In this document: positions 47,085 through 56,819 of the stretch, one piece after another
How the letters are laid out: each line of letters begins with the position of its first letter
How positions within the stretch are numbered: position 1 is the first letter of the stretch
Assembly (NCBI GenBank): GCA_900554335.1
Contig: USGT01000007.1
Span: forward strand, 15,235-79,234
Direction: 5' to 3'
Source of the DNA: an uncultured Oscillospiraceae bacterium
GTDB lineage: Bacteria > Bacillota > Clostridia > Oscillospirales > Acutalibacteraceae
Length of the DNA: 64,000 bases
Position numbers and translations under genes: made by a program
Notes under the pieces: model-generated
Database searches by the model: none
What the model saw: the letters and a program-made list of their open reading frames with translations, nothing else
Told to the model about the DNA's origin: nothing

Positions 47085-48491
47085 TTAAATTATTTCTCCT
47101 TGTAATGATTCCCTTGAGGAATCTGTTATTTTAATTTTCACAAACTGGCCTGTTAAGTCTTTTTCACTCGGAACTTTAACAACTATATTTCCGTCAGTCC
47201 TGCAAGATAAAACTCCGTTTTCGAAGCTTTCGGCCAAAACTCTTTCTTCATTGCCAACCATCTTTTTGCAAAGGTTTTCAGAAATTTCTTCTTGAACTTT
47301 AAGAAGCTCCAAAAGCCAGGAGGTTTTCTCTTTTTTGCTTATGTTATCGGGCATTTTAGCGGCCGGAGTGCCCTGCCTTTTTGAATAAATGAAAGTGAAA
47401 AGCGAAGAAAACTCAACTTTTTTAATAAGGTCGACTGTTTCCAAAAACTCTTCGTAGGTTTCACCCGGGAAGCCAACTATTATGTCGCTGGTGAATGAAA
47501 CATCTTTCATGATGCTTTTTGCATACTCAATTTTCTTTAAATAATCTTCTTTGGTGTATTTCCTGTTCATTTCTTTAAGCACTCTGTTGCTTCCGCACTG
47601 CACCGGGAGGTGAATGTGCTTTGAAATATGCTTGCTGCCCGCAATGACGTCAAAAAGCTCTTTCGTAGCGTCTTTCGGGTGCGAGGTCATGAACCTTAAT
47701 TTAAAGTCACCTTCCAAAGCGTCAAGCTTTTTAAGAAGATAGCAAAAATCAATTCCTCCGCCTAAGTCTTTGCCGTAAGAATTAACGTTTTGGCCAAGAA
47801 GAGTTATGTCTTTATACCCCGCGCTTAAAAGCTCCTGCGTTTCCTTTATAATAGCTTCGGGAGTCCTGCTTCTTTCCCTACCCCTGACATAAGGCACAAT
47901 GCAGTAAGAACAGAAATTGTTGCAGCCGGACATAATCGAAACAAAAGCCTTAATTTTGTTATTCCTTTTCATCGGGAAGTCTTCTAAAATTGGGTCTTCT
48001 TTCGAAGTGTAAATAACAGCGTGTTTATTTTTCACAGGCCTGTTTAAAATAAAATCACAAAGAATCTTCGGGAAACTTTGGATTTGTTTTGTTCCTAAAA
48101 CTATGTCAACAAACGTGTAAACTTCGCTTATTTTCTTCGCAATTGATTCTTGCTCGGTCATGCACCCGGCCAAAACCACAACAGCGTTAGGGTTTGCTTT
48201 TTTCACGGCTTTTATCCTGCCAATATTGCCAAAAACTTTATTTTCTGCGTTTTCTCTAACTGCGCAGGTGTTAAAAAGTATAACGTCGGCATCTTTATAA
48301 TCTTCCAAGAATGTAAAACCGGCTTTTTCGAGCATTCCTCTGTATTTTTCGCTGTCTGAAACATTTTGCTGGCAGCCGTATGTTCTGATGTAAGCCTTTG
48401 GGTTTTCTTTTCCTGCAAAAATTTCTTTTAATTTTTTTATATAATCAAGTTCTTCTTTTCCATATATATATGTATTAACTCCGATTGGCAA
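47085..48491 (-). CDS. miaB: tRNA-2-methylthio-N6-dimethylallyladenosine synthase MiaB
   Basis: Radical-SAM CxxxCxxC (CNNFCSYC), MTTase N-terminal Cys motifs and a TRAM domain. TTG start after GGAGGA. Confidence 0.9.
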   Translation of the reverse strand: MPIGVNTYIYGKEELDYIKKLKEIFAGKENPKAYIRTYGCQQNVSDSEKYRGMLEKAGFTFLEDYKDADVILFNTCAVRENAENKVFGNIGRIKAVKKANPNAVVVLAGCMTEQESIAKKISEVYTFVDIVLGTKQIQSFPKILCDFILNRPVKNKHAVIYTSKEDPILEDFPMKRNNKIKAFVSIMSGCNNFCSYCIVPYVRGRERSRTPEAIIKETQELLSAGYKDITLLGQNVNSYGKDLGGGIDFCYLLKKLDALEGDFKLRFMTSHPKDATKELFDVIAGSKHISKHIHLPVQCGSNRVLKEMNRKYTKEDYLKKIEYAKSIMKDVSFTSDIIVGFPGETYEEFLETVDLIKKVEFSSLFTFIYSKRQGTPAAKMPDNISKKEKTSWLLELLKVQEEISENLCKKMVGNEERVLAESFENGVLSCRTDGNIVVKVPSEKDLTGQFVKIKITDSSRESLQGEII

Positions 48492-48894
48492 AGCTTATTC
48501 CTCCAGTTTGCTTAATTACTTAAAATTCTACCAGAAAATTAAGAAAACTTCAAGAGATTAGCTAAAGTATATTTCCAAATCATAAATACAATATAATTTT
48601 AATAGTTCTTAAATACTTGCAAATTTTTGATAATATGTATAAATTTTCCATATTCGCAATTCGAAATAAGATAGATATAAAATAATTATTATTTTTAAAG
48701 TCAATTAGCCTTATCAAATTGTGAATAAACTACAAATATTTTCAAAAGACTTGTTTTTGATTTCCGTTTATAATATAATTTCCTAGTGTTAAAAACAATT
48801 AGTAATATGTTAAATTTTATCAAATTATTAATAATTTCAATTACTAAAATAAACTATTTTATCATTAAACTTAAACAGGAGCGTGTATAAAATT

Positions 48895-49620
48895 ATGTCA
48901 GATTCATCAATGGGATTAATTTATGTTGTAGATGATGAGCCGAATATTAGAAGGCTTGCTTCTCTGGCACTCAAAGAGTATGGTTTTGAGACACAAGAAT
49001 TTTCAGGCGGAGATGAACTTTTAAGAGCTGTTCAAAGACGTTGCCCGGATCTTATAGTTCTTGACTGGGTTATGCCTGCGCCAGACGGCCTTAGCGTTTG
49101 CGGAAGACTCAAACTCGACAAAACAACTAAAGCTATCCCGATTATTCTTTTAACTGCAAGGAACGATGAAGTTGATTGCGTGCTTGGCCTTGAAATGGGA
49201 GCAGACGACTACATCACTAAACCTTTCAGCTTGAAAGAACTTTGCGCAAGGGTTAAAGCGGTTATTAGAAGAAATGAATACCTCAACACAAACTCAAGCA
49301 ACAACGACATTATAACCTGCGGCGGAATCACGATTAACCTTGCAAGAAGAACAGTTTCCAAAAACGGCCAACTTATCGACCTTACAATGAAAGAATTCGA
49401 TCTTTTAACTTCGCTTATGCTCAGCAAAGGCAGCGTTCTTAACAGAGATCAACTCATGGAAAAAGTTTGGGACGTTGAATTCAGCGGAGACGCTAGAACA
49501 GTTGACGTTCACATCAGATATTTGCGCCAAAAAATCGAAGATGATTCTGAAAACCCGAAATATATTTTAACTGTTCGCGGTGTTGGATACAGATTCGCAT
49601 CTGAAGACGAAATTCAATAA
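48895..49620 (+). CDS. OmpR-family response regulator
   Basis: Receiver motifs (DDE…D…K) and a winged-helix C-terminus (…TVRGVGYRF). The ATG at 48895 was preferred over the track's GTG at 48883. Confidence 0.85.
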   Translation: MSDSSMGLIYVVDDEPNIRRLASLALKEYGFETQEFSGGDELLRAVQRRCPDLIVLDWVMPAPDGLSVCGRLKLDKTTKAIPIILLTARNDEVDCVLGLEMGADDYITKPFSLKELCARVKAVIRRNEYLNTNSSNNDIITCGGITINLARRTVSKNGQLIDLTMKEFDLLTSLMLSKGSVLNRDQLMEKVWDVEFSGDARTVDVHIRYLRQKIEDDSENPKYILTVRGVGYRFASEDEIQ

Positions 49621-49648
49621 AAATTTTTAGGAGGTGAAGTGAGCAATT

Positions 49649-50341
49649 ATGGACAAATTCAGAAATATTAATAAATCTGAACTTGATGGCCTTGTTCATG
49701 ATTTAAAAACGCCTATAACTTCAATTATGGGGTTTGTTGAGCTTTTGAAGCAAGGTGGCCACGACCAAAAAACAACGACAGAATTTTACGACATAATTCT
49801 TTCGGAATCTCAAAAACTTTTGAAGCTTGTTAATGACATTCTTTATATTAACAAAACCGGCGAGAATAAAATTGACCCTTGCAACCTTACCATTCAGCTT
49901 GACAAATACGTCAAAGAGCTCACTCCACTTGCTAATAAACACAATGTAAAAATATGCATTAACAGCGCTTCGAGTGACATATATGTTTCGATTCCTGAAG
50001 ATAAAATTTCGCGCATTTTAATAAACATAATTGAAAACGCAATTAAATATAATAAAGAATACGGAAAAATATTTATCGACATTGAAGAAGAAAATAAGCA
50101 AGTTTCTGTTAAAATCCGTGATACCGGTGTTGGTATCCCTGAAAATGAACTCGACAAAATATTTAACAGATACTATCGCTCTTCCGTCACAAAGAAAATG
50201 AGCGTTGAAGGCTCAGGCCTTGGCCTCGCAATTGCTAACGACATAGTTAAAGATTATAGCGGCCACATTAAAGTAAACAGTAAACTCGGGGAATATACGG
50301 AATTTATTATTACTTTCCCTGCTTCAAATATTTCGAAATAG
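49649..50341 (+). CDS. cytoplasmic histidine kinase lacking TM/sensor domain
   Basis: H-box LVHDLKTPITSI near the N-terminus, plus N, G1 and G2 boxes (NAIKYN, DTGVGIP, GSGLGL). Only 230 aa and no hydrophobic segment. Confidence 0.8.
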   Translation: MDKFRNINKSELDGLVHDLKTPITSIMGFVELLKQGGHDQKTTTEFYDIILSESQKLLKLVNDILYINKTGENKIDPCNLTIQLDKYVKELTPLANKHNVKICINSASSDIYVSIPEDKISRILINIIENAIKYNKEYGKIFIDIEEENKQVSVKIRDTGVGIPENELDKIFNRYYRSSVTKKMSVEGSGLGLAIANDIVKDYSGHIKVNSKLGEYTEFIITFPASNISK

Positions 50342-50390
50342 AATAGTACTTATGGAGGAAACGGTAACTTTTTAGTTACCGGTAAATTTT

Positions 50391-51047
50391 ATGCAAATAG
50401 AAAATTATTTAGATTTATCAAAAACAATTGCAAGCGAAATTTTTTCAGGTCTAACTTACCCTTGGGAGGCTCTTCCGAAAATAAAAGACTTCATTTTAAA
50501 TTTAGGCCCCAAGCTTCCGAAAGATGAATTTGAAGAAATAAAAGAAAATGTTTGGGTTTCAAAAGAAGCGGTTATTGCTGATTCAGCTTTCATTGCAGGG
50601 CCTACGATAATCTGCAAAGGCACTGAAATTCGCCACTGCGCTTTCATCAGAGGCTCAGTAATAGTTGGCGAAAACTGCGTTGTCGGGAATTCCACGGAAC
50701 TTAAAAACGCCATTTTGTTTAATAATGTTCAAGTTCCGCATTTTAATTATATCGGCGATTCTATTTTGGGTTTCAAAGCTCATTTTGGAGCGGGTTCAAT
50801 CGTTTCGAATGTTAAATCAGATAAATCAAACGTGAGCGTTTTAATAAACGGAAGTAAAACTGACACAGGCCTTAGAAAATTCGGCGCAATAGTTGCCGAT
50901 TACGTTGAAATTGGCTGCAACGCCGTTTTGAATCCGGGGACTATAATCGGAAAAAATTCAAACGTTTACCCCACTTCGATGGTTAGAGGTGTCATAGGCG
51001 AAAACATGATATTTAAAGCACAAAACAATATAGTGAAAAAAATTTAA
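50391..51047 (+). CDS. hexapeptide-repeat (left-handed beta-helix) acyltransferase-family protein
   Basis: Tandem [LIV]-G-x-x-x-x hexapeptide repeats over the C-terminal 150 aa. Confidence 0.6.
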   Translation: MQIENYLDLSKTIASEIFSGLTYPWEALPKIKDFILNLGPKLPKDEFEEIKENVWVSKEAVIADSAFIAGPTIICKGTEIRHCAFIRGSVIVGENCVVGNSTELKNAILFNNVQVPHFNYIGDSILGFKAHFGAGSIVSNVKSDKSNVSVLINGSKTDTGLRKFGAIVADYVEIGCNAVLNPGTIIGKNSNVYPTSMVRGVIGENMIFKAQNNIVKKI

Positions 51048-51071
51048 GCGAGCTTTTTCGGCTCGCCCTTT

Positions 51072-51353
51072 TCATTTTAAATTCGAAATCGCAGATATAA
51101 CATCGTGAATGTAGTTGCTTCCTCTTGAAATTAAAATCCCGGTTAGAATATTCCCGAAAAAAGGCACCGAAGAATCAATTTCGAAACATTTTGGAATATC
51201 AAGATCGTAAGCAAAAGCCACTGCAACACCAACCAAAAGGCTCAAAAACATGCTAAAGGAAAAGCACCCAGCTGCGAAAAATTCTTTGAAATAAGTTATA
51301 ACGCTTTCGGTGAGAACGGCTAAAGTTAAAATCGTTAAAATTTTTTTGTTCAT
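51072..51353 (-). CDS. small 2-TM holin-like protein
   Basis: 93 aa with two TM helices and a charged C-terminus. Immediately downstream of a GH25 lysozyme. Confidence 0.45.
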   Translation of the reverse strand: MNKKILTILTLAVLTESVITYFKEFFAAGCFSFSMFLSLLVGVAVAFAYDLDIPKCFEIDSSVPFFGNILTGILISRGSNYIHDVISAISNLK

Positions 51354-51363
51354 TTTTCTTCCC

Positions 51364-52134
51364 TCATTTCGGAACTTTAAGCACTTGCCCGGGGTATATA
51401 ACGTCGCTTAAAAGATTATTTAGGCTTTTTATTTCAGTGTATTTAGCGCCACTTTTCAAATATTTTTCGGAAATCGCCCAAAGGCTATCGCCTTTTTTTA
51501 CCGTATAATTAAAATAATTTTTTTGAGTTTTAAAGCCGTTTAAACCGTTTGATTTCATTATTTCAGGGTAATTTTTATAAGAAACATCAAGGTCGACGTT
51601 GCCGTTTATTCCGTCTATTTTCCCTTGCGAAGAATATTGCCAAATGCCGCACTCTTGTGAAGGTTTAGTGCTGCTCCATCGTGCGAGCCACAAATCAAAT
51701 TGCTTCAAATTCTCATAATTTAAATAATTTTCAAGCCAATTTAAATTGCAGTAAAACGTGGCATAATAGCCTGCTGTTTCAATTTCTTCGCAAAAAGTCT
51801 TAACGATTTCAGTCCTTGTTTCATTTGAAAGCTTTAGCATTTCTTTTTCTTCAATGTCAAAGCAAACCGGGTACTCAAGTTCCAAACCTCTTATGTTTTC
51901 AAGGCAAAATTCTGCTTCGTTTTTAGCATCAAAAGCCGAGCTTGCATAGCTGTAATGGTAAACACCTATATTCATTCCTGCCGCTTTCGCTTTTTCGCAA
52001 TTTTCTTTGAATTTTTTGTCAATCTGCAAGCCGTAACCCTCTCGCAAAATTGCAAAATCCACTCCTGAAGCTTTAACTTTTTCCCAGTTTATTTCTCCTT
52101 GCCATTTTGAAACGTCTATTCCTTTAAATTCCAT
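51364..52134 (-). CDS. GH25 muramidase (lysozyme) with C-terminal LysM domain
   Basis: N-terminus [13 protein letters not shown]…GVDFAILR is the GH25 start. C-terminus [16 protein letters not shown]…PGQVLKVP is LysM. Confidence 0.85.
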   Translation of the reverse strand: MEFKGIDVSKWQGEINWEKVKASGVDFAILREGYGLQIDKKFKENCEKAKAAGMNIGVYHYSYASSAFDAKNEAEFCLENIRGLELEYPVCFDIEEKEMLKLSNETRTEIVKTFCEEIETAGYYATFYCNLNWLENYLNYENLKQFDLWLARWSSTKPSQECGIWQYSSQGKIDGINGNVDLDVSYKNYPEIMKSNGLNGFKTQKNYFNYTVKKGDSLWAISEKYLKSGAKYTEIKSLNNLLSDVIYPGQVLKVPK

Positions 52135-52244
52135 TTTAAAACGCAGCTCCTTTCAAAAAGCAGGTTAAAAACAACCTTTTTTGCCTTTTAAAGCGAAACT
52201 GCGCAAAAAATAATAGGCTGCAAAATAGCGGCCTACTTTTTAAT

Positions 52245-52916
52245 TTAAGAAAACTGATATTTATAAATTTTTTCATAGCCAAAGTTCGTTTTAATAATTT
52301 CTTCGCTCGTCGTAAACCCTGCTTTTAAAACTGCCTTCCTTGAAGCAAAATTACTAGGTTTGCTAGTCGAGACCAAGGTTTTGTATTTGTAAATTCCAAG
52401 ATTTTTAAGCTCTTGCATAACCGAAACCAGCTTTTTAACAATGAAATTTCCAAGACCTTTTCCTGAAGAATTTTTCTCAACTACCATTCCCAGTTCAGGA
52501 TTGGACGAAGAACTATCAACCGGGCCTGCAGCAACGAATCCAACAGACTTGCCATCTTCTTTAACTATGAAAGACAAAGATTTCGGTTTGCTATAATTCC
52601 ACATTCTTGAAATTCTTCTATCAAATGAATTATTGCTAGACTTCTTGCTCATGATGCGTCCATTTCCGTAATGTTTCATATATTCTGCATTTTCTTTGTT
52701 TGAAAACAAACCTATGTAAAAATCTCTGTCGCTTGAAACTATTGGAACGAGCTTTCTTTTGCCGTCTGTGAGTATTGTGTCCATCCTTTCTGCTGTAATA
52801 TTAAACTTAGCAGCTAGGTCTTCAACGCTTTTTTCATAAGCGAAAATCCCAGGCACGAACGAAAACAAACAAAATATAAGCCCGAAAGAAAATAAAAATT
52901 TTTTCAAATTAAACAT
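52245..52916 (-). CDS. GNAT-family acetyltransferase with N-terminal signal/anchor
   Basis: Hydrophobic N-terminus with …IFA|YEK. GNAT core motif (…GKGLGNFIVKKL…). Confidence 0.55.
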   Translation of the reverse strand: MFNLKKFLFSFGLIFCLFSFVPGIFAYEKSVEDLAAKFNITAERMDTILTDGKRKLVPIVSSDRDFYIGLFSNKENAEYMKHYGNGRIMSKKSSNNSFDRRISRMWNYSKPKSLSFIVKEDGKSVGFVAAGPVDSSSSNPELGMVVEKNSSGKGLGNFIVKKLVSVMQELKNLGIYKYKTLVSTSKPSNFASRKAVLKAGFTTSEEIIKTNFGYEKIYKYQFS

Positions 52917-52937
52917 CCCTTTCTTAAACTATTTTGC

Positions 52938-53234
52938 TTATTTTTTAACAACAGCTCCAACAGCCCATTTTTGAATTCTGATTTTTTCCGAGCCTGTTTC
53001 CAAAATCAAAGAATCTGAATCTTCTTTAACGCTAACAACTCTTCCCACTATTCCGCCAATTGTTACGATTTCATCACCGATTTGGACTGATTTTCTCATC
53101 TCTTCTTCTTGCTTTCTTTTCTTTTGCTGCGGCCTAAAAAGAAGCAGATACATTCCTCCGATGACTACGCCGTAAACCAAAAGCATGGTAATAAGCTGAG
53201 AAGCAGTGCCATTTCCTGCGAGTAAACTGTTCAT
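52938..53234 (-). CDS. yajC: preprotein translocase subunit YajC
   Basis: Single TM helix plus …FRPQQKK…VQIGDEIVTIGGIVGRV…. Confidence 0.9.
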   Translation of the reverse strand: MNSLLAGNGTASQLITMLLVYGVVIGGMYLLLFRPQQKKRKQEEEMRKSVQIGDEIVTIGGIVGRVVSVKEDSDSLILETGSEKIRIQKWAVGAVVKK

Positions 53235-53438
53235 AAAATTTTTCCTCCTAAAATTATTTATAAAACTGCTTGATTATTATAACTTATAATCAACTTATTT
53301 CGCAATAAATTTGAAAATCATTGTCATATTTAACATAATAAAATATTTATTTAGAATTTGATTGTGATTATTTTAGAATTTAAATTAATGTGTTGACATT
53401 TTTAAGTTAAAAACATATACTAGTTATATAAGCAATGG

Positions 53439-53515
<77 letters not shown>

Positions 53516-53616
53516 AAATTTTACCTCACAGCCGATTGGTTGTGAGTTTTTTATTCCTTAAAACAGATTGCCAAAAAATTAAGGCTTACCTTTTTCAGAT
53601 AAGCCAAAATAAAAAA

Positions 53617-53976
53617 TTATTCAATCGTGGTGCCAAACGGCATCAAAGCAAGGCCTGCAAACTTGAAGCACTGTAGCCCCACGGGGATTCCTACTATGGT
53701 TATGCACCACAAAACCCCTACCAAAAAAGACGCCACTGCAAGATAAACACCAAAAATGATGACCCAAAAAATATTTAATACTATTGAGCTCGTTTCGCCA
53801 GAATAAACGATTTTTCTTCCAAAGGGTGCAAGCATAAGCTCAGCAAATTTAAAGCATTGAATGCCCACGGGAATAAAAACAATCGTTAAACAAAGAATTA
53901 CCCCTGCAATTGCCCAGCCGAGAGCTAAAAGTAAACCGCCAAAAAGCAACCATATTATATTCCCTATTGTTTTCAT
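53617..53976 (-). CDS. YccF-domain inner membrane protein
   Basis: Two internal repeats of the YccF motif (…IVFIPVGIQCFKFA… / …ITIVGIPVGLQCFKFA…). Confidence 0.8.
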   Translation of the reverse strand: MKTIGNIIWLLFGGLLLALGWAIAGVILCLTIVFIPVGIQCFKFAELMLAPFGRKIVYSGETSSIVLNIFWVIIFGVYLAVASFLVGVLWCITIVGIPVGLQCFKFAGLALMPFGTTIE

Positions 53977-54158
53977 ATTATTACCTCTATTCTTTGCCTC
54001 AATTTTACATTAAAAATAATTATTTGTCAAAATCTTTTATATATGTTATAGTAAATATACAAAAAAAATCTATAAGTATCATATTTTTTAAACACTACGA
54101 TGATACTTATTTTTTCTCTTGACAATATTTTTAATATATAATAGAATAAGCCATGTGA

Positions 54159-54243
54159 GCGGTCATGCTGGAATCGGTAGACAGGCATGTTTGAGGGGCA
54201 TGTGTTGAGAGACGTGTGGGTTCAAGTCCCACTGACCGCACCA
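54159..54243 (+). tRNA. tRNA-Leu (GAG), type II long variable arm
   Basis: Acceptor GCGGTCA/TGACCGC, anticodon loop TTGAGGG, a long variable arm, T-arm GTGGGTTCAAGTCCCAC and an encoded CCA. Promoter TTGACA-17-TAGAAT upstream. Confidence 0.85.
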
Positions 54244-54383
54244 TATGGCACAGCTTATACAGAACAAAAGATTGTCTAAGAGATAAGATTGCTTTTGGCA
54301 GTCTATTTTTTTGGCTTTAAACGAGGCTCAGCTTCAACTGAGTTGATTTTGTCGTTCAAAAATTTATTATTGGAGGTTTAACA

Positions 54384-54989
54384 ATGAAAAACAAAACCAT
54401 GAAAAATTTACTGTGCCTTACTGCTGCGGCATTAATTTCTGGCTCTTCAACTGGCATGGCCGGCTGCATTTCTTCAAAACCAGTTGTTCACACTCAATCA
54501 CCGGCTATTGACGCAGAACAAATGGAAATTATACTTGGCAGCAAACATCTTCCTTGGGTTTCGTCTGATGGAGGCAAGGCATATTTTAACGCCTGGAACG
54601 GAATGGGAAAAGGAAAAGATTTCGAATTCTTCCTGAAAGAATGCAAAGAAAAAATTGAAAATAAAGCATCTGCTGAAATGCTTGAAAATTCTGACAAAAC
54701 AGAAGAGTGGGTAACTAAAGAAATCAACCAAGAATCTAGACGTTACAGCTTTTTGGATAATACAGACGAATTTCCTATTGGCAAATATTTTTTGAGAGTA
54801 GACCCTGAAAACCATGTTATTTATACGGTTAGAAGGTCGGATAATGATTTTCTGTTTGAATTTTATCTGCTTTTTTATAAAGAGGAAACGAACACTTCCA
54901 ACCTTTCTTTAATGTGCAGGGCAATTTCTTGCGACATTGGAAATTACATCAACGTGCTCCTTCCTACTGACAGAAAACTTATAAATTAA
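54384..54989 (+). CDS. lipoprotein (lipobox GMAGC), paralog family of ORF 9103
   Basis: GGAGG RBS and a signal peptide with lipobox. It shares the VIYTV and LLP.DRKLI motifs with ORF 9103-9972. Confidence 0.65.
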   Translation: MKNKTMKNLLCLTAAALISGSSTGMAGCISSKPVVHTQSPAIDAEQMEIILGSKHLPWVSSDGGKAYFNAWNGMGKGKDFEFFLKECKEKIENKASAEMLENSDKTEEWVTKEINQESRRYSFLDNTDEFPIGKYFLRVDPENHVIYTVRRSDNDFLFEFYLLFYKEETNTSNLSLMCRAISCDIGNYINVLLPTDRKLIN

Positions 54990-55119
54990 CTATTTTTTCA
55001 TTTTAATCACTTTTGTAATTATAATATAGTATTTACAAATATAAATAAATTTATTTATAAAATTGACATTAAAATAATCATTTGATATAATCTGTGGTAA
55101 GCATAATGGAGGTGAGTTT

Positions 55120-55563
55120 ATGAAAAAGATTTCTGCATTTATTTTGCCTTTGCTTTTAACTTTTTCTCTTTCTGCGTGCGGAAACTCCAGCACTGAAAAT
55201 AAGCCTCAAACCACCGAATCGACGGCTTCCGAGAAAATAAATCTTGAAGGCAACTGGAAGCAAACTAACGCAAGCCCGGAAGAAGATTACCAAACAGCGG
55301 CCATAAACAACGGCATTATTGAAATTAAAGTGGTAAATAAAAAAGATAACACCACCTCGGTTTACTGGTCTGGCACATACACTACGCCTGAGCTTAAAAA
55401 CGGCGTTTACACCTGGGCTTCGGAAAATAATTTGAGCAAAAACGAATCTCCTTTAGTTGCTTCAAGCGAAGATTCAAAAACTTTTTATTATGCAAACGGC
55501 GTAATAAGCTATGAATCAAGCTATCTTGGAGCAGAAAAAACAATCAAATTTGAAAAAATTTAG
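55120..55563 (+). CDS. lipoprotein (lipobox LSAC), hypothetical
   Basis: GGAGGTGA RBS. Lipoprotein signal peptide MKKISAFILPLLLTFSLSAC. Confidence 0.65.
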   Translation: MKKISAFILPLLLTFSLSACGNSSTENKPQTTESTASEKINLEGNWKQTNASPEEDYQTAAINNGIIEIKVVNKKDNTTSVYWSGTYTTPELKNGVYTWASENNLSKNESPLVASSEDSKTFYYANGVISYESSYLGAEKTIKFEKI

Positions 55564-55704
55564 TTTACTCCAAAAGCTCAATTTTGCCACGCAGTAATTG
55601 CGTGGCTTTTATATTTCGAATTTAAATATGTTTTATTAATTTTTTTTTGAAATATTTTTAAAATAATAATATAATAAATTTAAATGCAAATTTAGGAGGT
55701 TAAA

Positions 55705-56208
55705 ATGAACATCTTAAAAAAACTTGCGGCTACTTCATTTGTAGCGCTAACTGTTTTAATCCAACCAGCTTTTGCGGCAAACAAATTCACTAAAATCGCG
55801 GGTTTTGCGGCAGGGTCAGCGGCTTTGGCAGCGGGCGTTTATGCGGCCGTGATAAGAGACATGGTGAAAAGCAAAACGATTGAAGCTTCGAACGACTTTT
55901 TGTTAACAAACGAACAATCTCTCGAAAGATGCAAAAAAGCAAAAAAGTTACTGCAGAAAAATAAAATTTTGTTTACTAAAAAAGAAATAAAAGATATTGA
56001 AAGAGTGCTAGAAGAAAAAATCCCAAAATTAACCAGAATTATTAATTTAGCCAAAACTCGGCAAGAACATAACCAAATCATGGAGAAAGTAGCAAACTTA
56101 TATAAAATTCAGTTGCAATACAGACTAAAAGGCGACATGGAAAATTGCGAAATTTGCGAAAAAGAAATTCAAAACCTGCTAAACAAAGATATTAATTTGG
56201 CAAACTAA
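55705..56208 (+). CDS. secreted hypothetical protein
   Basis: AGGAGG RBS. Signal peptide …QPAFA|ANK. A terminator hairpin lies at 56213-56240. Confidence 0.6.
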   Translation: MNILKKLAATSFVALTVLIQPAFAANKFTKIAGFAAGSAALAAGVYAAVIRDMVKSKTIEASNDFLLTNEQSLERCKKAKKLLQKNKILFTKKEIKDIERVLEEKIPKLTRIINLAKTRQEHNQIMEKVANLYKIQLQYRLKGDMENCEICEKEIQNLLNKDINLAN

Positions 56209-56265
56209 CTAAAAAGCACCTCTCTTAGCTTGAGAGATGCTTAATTTTTTATTCAATTTTAAAAT

Positions 56266-56556
56266 TTAATAAGAGTCATCTATGTAATCTTCAATCACAT
56301 CTCTGAAATGAATAGTGTCAATGCCATTTTCAGAAAGGCAATCAATCAAATTTAAAACTTCTGTTTTATCTTGAGAAATGTCTTCCACTTTTACACTTTC
56401 ATTTATAGAGCTAGATCTCAAAATCAGCTCTATTCCATATGTTTTTCCACTCAAAATTGAATCATTTTCGCTCTCACACAGGTTATATTCGAGCTCTCTG
56501 CCTCCGAAAGAACGTTGCGAAAGAATACAAACATTTTCTTTACCCAAAAATCTCAT
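56266..56556 (-). CDS. hypothetical protein
   Basis: 96-aa acidic ORF convergent with the upstream gene. No recognisable domain. Confidence 0.4.
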   Translation of the reverse strand: MRFLGKENVCILSQRSFGGRELEYNLCESENDSILSGKTYGIELILRSSSINESVKVEDISQDKTEVLNLIDCLSENGIDTIHFRDVIEDYIDDSY

Positions 56557-56819
56557 CTCCCGGCCATTTAAATTTCACCTACCATTTTAAGTCTATACAA
56601 AATGATTCGCAACAAAATAAAATGCAATAAAACTTAAAAAAACCCAAAATCGTAGGTAATAATTAATATTAAAATCTATTATTATTAGAAAATATTGTAT
56701 ACTTTTCATCTTGAGTTGTCAACAGTTAAAATAATTTTTTATTTTGCAGCTTGCAATATTTATCTCATTAGTATATAATAGTACTAATATATACTACTAA
56801 ATTTAAGAGGAGGTCTACA

